From assembly GCA_041497895.1 (NCBI GenBank), contig JBGQHJ010000001.1, positions 1-64,000 on the forward strand: a DNA stretch of 64,000 nucleotides, read 5' to 3'. Shown here one piece after another: positions 57,140 through 64,000 of this stretch (position 1 is its first letter; the number at the start of each line of letters is the position of its first letter). Source of the DNA: Candidatus Methylomirabilia bacterium (GTDB lineage: Bacteria; Methylomirabilota; Methylomirabilia; Rokubacteriales; CSP1-6). The position numbers and the translations under genes were made by a program. The notes beneath the pieces were generated by a model. The model was given only the letters and a program-made list of their open reading frames with translations, made no database searches and was not told where the DNA came from.

Positions 57140-57433
57140 GTGATACCCGCGTACGTGCTCGCCGACGTCACCGTGACCGACCTGCCCGCGATGGAGGAGT
57201 ACCGCAAGCAGGTGCCCGCCACCCTCGCCAAGTACGGCGGGCGCTTCCTCGTTCGCGGCGGCGCCCACCAGACGGTGGAGGGCGACTGGAAGCCCACCCG
57301 GCTGGTGGTGATCGAGTTCCCGAGCCTGGCCGACGCCCGGCGCTGGTACGACTCGGAGGAGTACCGCGCGCCCAAGGCGCTCCGTATGCGGGCCGGCCGC
57401 ACGAGCGTGGTGATCGTGGACGGCGTGTCGTAA
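57140..57433 (+). CDS. DUF1330-family protein
   Basis: YGGRFLVRGG..VEGDW..VIEFPS..WYDSEEY. Confidence 0.88.
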   Translation: MIPAYVLADVTVTDLPAMEEYRKQVPATLAKYGGRFLVRGGAHQTVEGDWKPTRLVVIEFPSLADARRWYDSEEYRAPKALRMRAGRTSVVIVDGVS

Positions 57434-57458
57434 GCGCCGGTCGTGCTACGGTGTCGGG

Positions 57459-59159
57459 GTGAGCGATGACGCGGCTCGCCCCGATCCGCTCGCGCCCCGG
57501 CTCGGCCTGGCCCTCGTCGTCGCGCTCGCCGCCGGCCTCGTGTTCCTGCCCGCTCTCGGCGGGCAGTTCCTCGCCTGGGACGACAACACCACGCTCACCG
57601 GCAACCTCGCCTACCGCGGTCTCGGCTCGAGCCATCTCCGCTGGATGGCCACCACCACGCTGATGGGCCACTACATGCCGCTCACGTGGCTGAGCTTCGC
57701 GCTCACCTACGTGATGGCGGGCATGAGCCCGTGGGGTTATCACCTCGGGAGCCTGCTGCTCCACGCGGTCAACGCCGGGCTTGTCACCTGGCTCGCCTGG
57801 CGACTCATCGGCGCGGCACTCCCGCGCGACGCGGCCGGCGGCTCGGCCGGAGCGGAGCGCGCGGCCCTCGCGGTGGGCGCGGCGGTGGCGGGGCTCGCCT
57901 TCGGCGTCCACCCGCTCCGCGCCGAGAGCGTGGCGTGGGCCACCGATCGCGGCGACGTCCTCTGCGCGACCTTCTACCTGGCCGCGCTCCTCGCGTACGT
58001 CCGCGCGGTGGACGGCGGCGGCCCCCTGCGGTGGCGACCGTGGGGCGCGCTGGCGCTGCTCGGGATGGCGGCGGCGCTGCTCTCGAAAGAGATCGCGGTC
58101 ACGCTGCCCGCGGTGCTGCTGATCCTCGATGCGTATCCGCTGCGACGCCCCACGGCCTGGGCCGCGCGCGTGCGCGAGAAGCTGCCGTTCCTGGTGCTGG
58201 CGCTGGTCGGGGCGGCGATGGCGGTGGCCGCGCGCGCGACGGGCGCGCGCTTCTCCACCATCGAGCAGTACGGCGTCGGCGCGCGCGTCGCGATGGCCGC
58301 CTACAGCGTGTGGTACTTCGTGGCCGCCTCGGTCTGGCCCTCGGGGCTGGCGCCCTACCACGAGCCGCCGGTGCGGGTGGACCTGCTCGCGCCGCGCTTC
58401 CTGGGCGCCGCGCTCGCGGTGCTGGCGCTCACCGCCGCCGTCGTCGTGCTGAGACGGCGGTGGCCGGCCGGCCTCGCGTCGTGGGCCGCGTATCTCCTGG
58501 TGCTGCTGCCGGTGAGCGGGCTCGTGCACTCGGGCTCGCACCTGGTGGCGGAGCGCTACGCGTACCTGCCGGGTGTGGCGCTGGCCCTGCTGCTGGGTGG
58601 CGTCGCGGCCGCCGCGGTGCGCGCGGGCCACGCAGCGCCGTCGCGTCGGGCCGGCGCGGCCGCGCTGCTGGTGGTGCTCGCGGTCGCCCTGGCCGGGTGG
58701 GCCGCCGTCGCCCGGCGCCACAGCGCGAGCTGGCGCGACACGTTCACCCTCTGGCAGGTGTCGGCCGCCGCGGACCCGGAGTGCCGGCTGTGCGTGCTGA
58801 ACCTGGCCGGGGAGTACTTCAACGCGGGGCGGGTCGTCGAGGCGGAGGCGTGGGCCCGGCGCGCGATCCCGCTCTGGCCCGGACGGGGGACGCCGCACCA
58901 TCGCCTGGGAGCCGCGCTCCTGGTGCAGGGGCGCGACGCGGAGGCGGAGCGGGAGCTGCGCGAGGCGATCCGCCTCGCTCCGGGCCTGGGCGAGGCGCAC
59001 CGCGAGCTGGGCCGGCTCTACGTCCGGCAGGGGCGGGCCGCCGAGGCGGCGACCGAGCTGCGCGAGGCGCTGGTGGCGGGCGTGCCTCCGGCGGAGATCG
59101 AGGCGCTGCTCCGGCCGCTCGAGACCGCGCCGTCGCCCGCGCCCGGCCGCTCGCCCTGA
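57459..59159 (+). CDS. TMTC-like GT-C membrane protein with C-terminal TPRs
   Basis: WDDN, YMPLTWLS, HPLRAESVAW, LLSKE, AERYAYLP, TPR tail. Confidence 0.8.
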   Translation: MSDDAARPDPLAPRLGLALVVALAAGLVFLPALGGQFLAWDDNTTLTGNLAYRGLGSSHLRWMATTTLMGHYMPLTWLSFALTYVMAGMSPWGYHLGSLLLHAVNAGLVTWLAWRLIGAALPRDAAGGSAGAERAALAVGAAVAGLAFGVHPLRAESVAWATDRGDVLCATFYLAALLAYVRAVDGGGPLRWRPWGALALLGMAAALLSKEIAVTLPAVLLILDAYPLRRPTAWAARVREKLPFLVLALVGAAMAVAARATGARFSTIEQYGVGARVAMAAYSVWYFVAASVWPSGLAPYHEPPVRVDLLAPRFLGAALAVLALTAAVVVLRRRWPAGLASWAAYLLVLLPVSGLVHSGSHLVAERYAYLPGVALALLLGGVAAAAVRAGHAAPSRRAGAAALLVVLAVALAGWAAVARRHSASWRDTFTLWQVSAAADPECRLCVLNLAGEYFNAGRVVEAEAWARRAIPLWPGRGTPHHRLGAALLVQGRDAEAERELREAIRLAPGLGEAHRELGRLYVRQGRAAEAATELREALVAGVPPAEIEALLRPLETAPSPAPGRSP

Positions 59160-59162
59160 GCG

Positions 59163-60230
59163 CTACCGGAAGACGATGCTGCTGGGGCTGCCCACCCGCA
59201 CGACCTGCGCGGTGGGCGTGAGGGTACCGGCCCGCGGGTCCACGCGGAAGGCCACGATCGTGTCGCTGTCCTGGTTGGCCGCATAGAGGAAGGCCCCGGC
59301 CGGATCGAGCGCGATGAAGCGCGGGGTCTTGCCCTGGGTGGGCTCCCAGCCGACCGGGTGGAGCGTCCCGCTCGATTCGTCGACGCGGAAGATCGCGATG
59401 CTGTCGTGGCCGCGATTCGAGCCGTACACGAAGCGCCCCGAGGGGGCGATCGCGATCTCGGACGTGGTGTTGTTGCCGGTGAAGTCCGGCGGCAGCGTGG
59501 TGATGACCTGGAGCGGGCTCAGGCCTCCGCGCTCGTCGTCGAAGCGGTAGGTGGTGAGCGTGGAGTCGAGCTCGTTGAGCACGTAGGCGTAGGGCGCGGT
59601 GGGATGAAAGCCCGCGTGCCGCGGGCCCGCGCCGGCCCGCGTCGCCACCCGGGGCGGCGTTCCCGCCACGAGCTTGCCGCCGGCCGCGTCGACGCGGAAG
59701 ACGAAGACGGCGTCGAGGCCCTTGTCGGGCACCAGGAAGAAGCGGCCGCGCGGATCGAAGGCGATGTCGTGCGGGTGCGCGCTGGTCTGCTGGGTGCGAT
59801 GCGGGCCGGGCGTCCCCTCGAGGGGAACCAGATCGCGGAGGGCCCCGAGCGAGCCGTCGGGCTCGATCGGTAGCACCGCCACCGTGCCGGAGCTGTAGTT
59901 CGCGCAGACGAGGAAGCGGTCGGAGGCGTCGATGCCGAGCCGCACCCCGTTCGTGCCCCCGGTCGGCTGGCGGCCGAGCACGCGGAGCCGGCCGGAGGCG
60001 GGGTCGATCGCGTACGCGGTGGCCTCGGTGCCGTCTCCGTGCGCCGCGTAGAGGACGCGTCCCGGCCGGTCGAGGGTGAGCCACGAGGGATTCGCGATGT
60101 CCGGGAGGAGCTGGAGGTGGCTCCACGTCCCCGAGCCGGGGTCCACGCGGTAGACGTGGACGCCCTCGCCCCGTCCGTTGCGCTCCCGCGCGGTGTAGCC
60201 GCCGACGTAGGCCAGCGTGGTCTGCGTCAT
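59163..60230 (-). CDS. 6-phosphogluconolactonase-family beta-propeller lactonase
   Basis: YVGGYT, NPSWL, ANYSSG, AHPH, GPRH, SNRGHDSI, PRF, ANQDS. Confidence 0.9.
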   Translation of the reverse strand: MTQTTLAYVGGYTARERNGRGEGVHVYRVDPGSGTWSHLQLLPDIANPSWLTLDRPGRVLYAAHGDGTEATAYAIDPASGRLRVLGRQPTGGTNGVRLGIDASDRFLVCANYSSGTVAVLPIEPDGSLGALRDLVPLEGTPGPHRTQQTSAHPHDIAFDPRGRFFLVPDKGLDAVFVFRVDAAGGKLVAGTPPRVATRAGAGPRHAGFHPTAPYAYVLNELDSTLTTYRFDDERGGLSPLQVITTLPPDFTGNNTTSEIAIAPSGRFVYGSNRGHDSIAIFRVDESSGTLHPVGWEPTQGKTPRFIALDPAGAFLYAANQDSDTIVAFRVDPRAGTLTPTAQVVRVGSPSSIVFR

Positions 60231-60350
60231 GGTGTGGACGCCGCGAGTCTACACCGGACAATGGTCCTTGACACGCCGACGGCGGCGGGGCTATCTGTCT
60301 GGCGGGAAGGGCCGGACCGGCCCACCCGCTCGAGCCAAAGGAGGCCAGCC

Positions 60351-61430
60351 ATGAAGGCAGCCGTGTTCCACGGGCCGCATCAGCCGCTCACCATCGAGAA
60401 CGTCGACATCGACAAGCCGATCGGGCGCGAGGTGCTGGTGCGCACCGTCGCCTCCGGCGTCTGCCACAGCGATCTCCACTTCGTGGACGGTTACTACCCG
60501 TTCCCCACCCCCGCCATCCTCGGCCACGAGGCGGCCGGGATCGTGGAGGAGGTCGGGCTGCAGGTGAGCGAGTTCAAGCCGGGCGATCACGTCATCGCGT
60601 GCCTGTCCGTCTTCTGCGGGCACTGCGACTACTGCCTCACCGGGCGCACCCACCTCTGCCAGACGCGGCCGGTGCGGGCCAAGACCGATCCGCCGAAGCT
60701 CTCGTGGAAGGGCCAGCCGGTGAACCAGTTCGCCAACCTCTCCGCCTACGCGGAGAAGATGCTGGTGCACGAGAACGCGCTGGTGAAGATCGACGACAGC
60801 ATGCCGCTCGACCGGGCCGCCCTCATCGGCTGCGGGGTGACCACCGGGGTGGGGGCGGTGCTGAACACCGCACACATCGAGGCGGGCTCCACGGTGGCGG
60901 TCTTCGGCGCGGGCGGGGTGGGGCTGGCCGCGGTGCAGGGCGCGCGCATCGCGGGCGCCCGCATGATCATCGCAGTGGACACCGTCGAGTCCAAGCTCGT
61001 CAAGGCCAAGGAGCTGGGCGCCACCCACGGGGTCAACGCCAAGGCGGACGATCCGGTGAAGCAGATCCGCAACCTGACCGGTGGCGGGGTGGACTACTCC
61101 TTCGAGTGCATCGGGCTCAAGATCGCGGCCGAGCAGTGCTTCGACTGCATCCGGCCGGGCGGCACCGCCACCATCGTCGGCATGATCCCGGTGGGGCAGA
61201 AGATCGAGCTCGACGGGCCGATGTTCCTGCGCGAGAAGAAGATCCAGGGCTGCAGCATGGGCTCCAACCGATTCAAGGTGGACATGCCGCACTACATCGA
61301 GCTCTACCGGCAGGGCCGGCTCATGCTCGACGAGATGATCACCCGCCGCGGCAAGCTCGAGGACGTCAACGAAGCGTTCCGGGCCATGAAGGCGGGCGAG
61401 GTCTCGCGCACCGTCCTGATGCTGGGGTAG
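60351..61430 (+). CDS. zinc-dependent alcohol dehydrogenase
   Basis: GVCHSD, GHEAAG, CGHCDYC..C, GCGVTTG, GAGGVG. Confidence 0.92.
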   Translation: MKAAVFHGPHQPLTIENVDIDKPIGREVLVRTVASGVCHSDLHFVDGYYPFPTPAILGHEAAGIVEEVGLQVSEFKPGDHVIACLSVFCGHCDYCLTGRTHLCQTRPVRAKTDPPKLSWKGQPVNQFANLSAYAEKMLVHENALVKIDDSMPLDRAALIGCGVTTGVGAVLNTAHIEAGSTVAVFGAGGVGLAAVQGARIAGARMIIAVDTVESKLVKAKELGATHGVNAKADDPVKQIRNLTGGGVDYSFECIGLKIAAEQCFDCIRPGGTATIVGMIPVGQKIELDGPMFLREKKIQGCSMGSNRFKVDMPHYIELYRQGRLMLDEMITRRGKLEDVNEAFRAMKAGEVSRTVLMLG

Positions 61431-61564
61431 CGGCCGAGCGGTCGAAGTGACCGCCGCGGCGGCGGCGGGCGCCTGGCCCGCCCCGCCGGCGCGGTGGGGC
61501 TATTCTTTCTCCGGCGTCGCGAGGGGATGGGCGCCATGGACGCGCCCGGATCGTGCACTAGCGC

Positions 61565-62137
61565 TTATCGTCGAGTGCCCGTCGTATCCGGCCGGGGCGG
61601 GATCACGCAGAAGCCCTGGGCCTCGATGCCGAGCGGCACGTTGAGCTTGCTGCGGAAGTTCTCGAGCGCCACCGCGGCGGACAGCTCGACCACCTGTGCC
61701 TCGTCGAAGAAGGACCGCACCCGCGCGAAGAGCTCGTCCGAGACCCGCTGGCCGGTGATGGTCATGGCCTCGGCGTACTCCAGCGCGGCGCGCTCCATCG
61801 GCGAGAAGCGCGCGCTGTCCCGCCAGGTCGGCACCTCGCGCACCTTCTCCTCGTCCGCCCCCGTCTGCATCCCCCTGGATGCATTGATGTCAATTCAGAA
61901 GGGGCAGCCGTTGATCAGGGCGACGCGGAGGTAGATCAGGGGCAGCAGGGCGGCCGGCAGCCTCCCCGATTTCTCGATGGAGGCCCCGAGCTGCTTGGCC
62001 GCCTTGAGGATCGGCGGGCAGTGGGCGAGGACCTTGGTCGTGTTGAGGAGCGAGCCGAAGACCCCCCGCTCGCGCTCGAACAGCTCGCGGAGCATGGGAT
62101 CCCCGGCGTCGTCCTCGATCTCGCGGACCCGCGGCAC
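61565..62137 (-). CDS. AhpD/carboxymuconolactone decarboxylase-family probable selenoprotein (CPFU; UGA at 61895-61897)
   Basis: The two track ORFs are in one frame: LRVALINGCPF-TGA-IDINAS..FSPMERAALEYAEAMT..; 190 aa with readthrough. Confidence 0.85.
61866..61883 (-). promoter_or_regulatory. bacterial SECIS-like hairpin TGCATCC-AGGG-GGATGCA
   Basis: Perfect 7-bp stem with a G-rich loop, starting 11 nt 3' of the UGA. Confidence 0.75.
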
Positions 62138-62140
62138 GGG

Positions 62141-62620
62141 TCAGGCGCCGACGGTCTTGCGGATGCTCCCCATGTGGTCGTCGATGTGGTTGATCAGGAT
62201 GCCCTCGATGGCCTGCTGGGCGGTCATGGGCGCCATGCCGGTCAGCACGGTGCCGCTCTTGTCCAGATCGGCGTCGGGGATCGAGCGCACCACCGCGGCC
62301 GCCTGCTTGACGCCCTTCTCGTGCAGGGCGAGGGTCTCGGCCTTGGTGCAGCCCGCGAAGTCCTTGGCGTGCTTGGCGTTCATCTCGTCGAGCATGCCCG
62401 GGGTGAAGTTGGGGATGGACTGGCCGGAGGCGATCGTCTTCACGATGCCCGAGATGGGCTCGTGGCCCCCGGCGACGTGGTGCGCGGTGACGCCCACCGG
62501 CCACTTCTCGGCGGCGGTGACCTTTTTCCAGTCGGCGTCGGAGAGCTTCTGGATGGTGGCGGTCAGCTCGGCGGCCTTGGCCTCGTACTTCTTCGCCAGC
62601 GATTCGACTCGTGCGCCCAT
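62141..62620 (-). CDS. DinB-superfamily protein
   Basis: WPVGVTAHHVA, INHIDDH; GGAGGAGG RBS; 3 nt upstream of the AhpD-like gene. Confidence 0.78.
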   Translation of the reverse strand: MGARVESLAKKYEAKAAELTATIQKLSDADWKKVTAAEKWPVGVTAHHVAGGHEPISGIVKTIASGQSIPNFTPGMLDEMNAKHAKDFAGCTKAETLALHEKGVKQAAAVVRSIPDADLDKSGTVLTGMAPMTAQQAIEGILINHIDDHMGSIRKTVGA

Positions 62621-62745
62621 GTGGGTGCCTCCTCCGTGAGAGTGTGGGACTCGGGACGTCCCGAAGTATACCTGAGGGCGCAAGACCGCATATAATCGGG
62701 TCGGCGCAACCTGCACCTCGGAACAACCGGGAGGGGGGTGAGCAC

Positions 62746-62805
62746 GTGGCCAAGGGACGGAGCATGAAGAAAGAGAAGAAGAAACCGAAGAAGGAGAAGA
62801 AGTAG
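62746..62805 (+). CDS. 19-aa Lys-rich small ORF (M)AKGRSMKKEKKKPKKEKK
   Basis: GTG start after a G-rich SD (GGAGGGGGGTG); TATAAT at 62691-62696; stop 6 nt before uup. Confidence 0.6.
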   Translation: MAKGRSMKKEKKKPKKEKK

Positions 62806-62811
62806 TTTCGC

Positions 62812-64000
62812 GTGACCCGATCGCTGCTCCTGAGCTGTGAGGCAGTCGGCAAGGCCTACGGCACCCGGTCCCTCTTCGAGGGGCTGTCCTTCGGGCTCTT
62901 CGAGGGGGACCAGGTGGGCCTTGTGGGCCCGAACGGGGCCGGCAAGTCCACGCTCCTCAAGATCCTCGCGGGCCTCGAGTCGCCCGACCGCGGCCGGCGC
63001 TCCCTTCGCGGGGGTGTCCGCGTCGGCTACGTGCCGCAGGATCCCGCCTTCTCGGCCGGCGGCACCGTGGAGGACGTGGTGGCCTCCGCCCTGACCGGGG
63101 TCGACGAGGCCGATCGCCCCGGGCGCATCGCGCACGCCCTGGGCCGCGCGGGCTTCGCGGACGGCCGGGCCCAGGTGGCCACGCTCTCCGGCGGCTGGCA
63201 GAAGCGCCTGGCCATCGCCCGCGAGCTCGCGGCCGAGCCCGACATCCTCCTGATGGACGAGCCCACCAACCACCTCGACGTCGAGGGCATCCTGTGGCTC
63301 GAGGCGCTCCTGGCCGAGCGCGCCCGGGCCTGCCTGGTGGTCAGCCACGACCGCTACTTCCTCGAGCACGTGGCCACCCGCATGCTCGAGATCGACCGCG
63401 CGTACCCCTCCGGCCTGTTCGAGACCGACGGCCGGTACAGCGAGTTCCTCGTCCGGCGCGACGAGTTCCTCCGGGGCCAGGCCGCCTACGAGGACGCGCT
63501 CGCCAACACCGTCCGGCGCGAGATCGAGTGGCTGCGGCGCGGGGCCAAGGCCCGCTCCACCAAGGCCAAGGGCCGGATCAAGGAGGCGGACCGGCTGATC
63601 GAGGAGCTGCGAGACGCGCGGGCGCGCGGCGCCACCCGGACCGCCGGCATCGACTTCGTCGCCTCCGGCCGCCGCACCCGCGAGCTGCTGGTCGCCCGCG
63701 GGCTGACCAAGGCCCTCGGGGGCCGGACGCTGATCCGGGGCCTCGACCTGATCATCACCCCGGGCGTGCGCGTGGGGCTCATGGGGCCGAACGGCAGCGG
63801 CAAGACCACGCTGCTCAACCTGCTGGCCGGCACGCTCGAGCCCGACGCCGGCTCGATCGAGCGCGCGGACGGGCTCCGGACCGTCCGCTTCGAGCAGCAG
63901 CGGACGTGGCTCGACCCGGAGCTGCCGCTGCGCCGCGCACTGGCGCCCGAGGGCGACGCGGTCGTCTTCCAGGGACGCAACGTGCACGTGGCCGCATGGG
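62812..64000 (+). CDS. uup: ABC-F family ATPase, Uup-like (partial, runs off window; not in ORF track)
   Basis: GPNGAGKST, LSGGWQKR, DEPTNHLD, VSHDRYFL, EIEWLRRGAKARSTK linker, second GPNGSGKTT. Confidence 0.88.
   Translation, partial: MTRSLLLSCEAVGKAYGTRSLFEGLSFGLFEGDQVGLVGPNGAGKSTLLKILAGLESPDRGRRSLRGGVRVGYVPQDPAFSAGGTVEDVVASALTGVDEADRPGRIAHALGRAGFADGRAQVATLSGGWQKRLAIARELAAEPDILLMDEPTNHLDVEGILWLEALLAERARACLVVSHDRYFLEHVATRMLEIDRAYPSGLFETDGRYSEFLVRRDEFLRGQAAYEDALANTVRREIEWLRRGAKARSTKAKGRIKEADRLIEELRDARARGATRTAGIDFVASGRRTRELLVARGLTKALGGRTLIRGLDLIITPGVRVGLMGPNGSGKTTLLNLLAGTLEPDAGSIERADGLRTVRFEQQRTWLDPELPLRRALAPEGDAVVFQGRNVHVAAW

Noticed and set aside
60268..60297. sigma70 promoter for the alcohol dehydrogenase (TTGACA present)
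   Set aside because: The -10 candidate (TATCTG, 18-nt spacer) is weak, so it is not listed as a feature.

Overview
This is a very GC-rich bacterial chromosomal segment with about 65 CDS. I see no rRNA, tRNA, CRISPR array or intact transposase/integrase. The gene style (orphan ABC_sub_bind proteins ending 'GLTIPPSLLxRADQVIE', an 'ECAWVLW' small secreted protein, several LLM and molybdo-hydroxylase genes) suggests Ca. Rokubacteria (Methylomirabilota); this is an inference and no search was run. Ordinary content: a branched-chain-amino-acid-type ABC operon, two xanthine-dehydrogenase-family (cox-like) clusters, arsR-arsI-arsM-MFS, a KimA-like transporter, solA, nagB, tauD-like, ogt, malic enzyme, a TRAP SBP, sugar-oxidation genes and a partial uup. 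Main signals missed by the ORF track: (1) an AhpD/CMD-family probable selenoprotein split by an in-frame UGA in CxxU, with a SECIS-like hairpin 11 nt downstream; (2) a 19-aa Lys-rich ORF 6 nt upstream of the ABC-F gene uup, a candidate regulatory leader; (3) back-to-back TGTCGA-N17-CGAC (ECF42-type) promoters driving divergent operons; (4) a decayed ~3.9 kb insert bounded by a duplicated MFS 3' end, containing micro-ORFs, repeated gene-end junctions and a possible recombinase chimera; (5) a HEAT-repeat plus HD-GYP pair sharing an unnamed N-terminal domain, coupled to a cysteine-less maleate-isomerase homologue; (6) sigma54- and sigma28-like promoters, leaderless genes, probable CTG starts, and a REP-like element reading into a coding sequence. 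All family calls come from motif recognition by eye.
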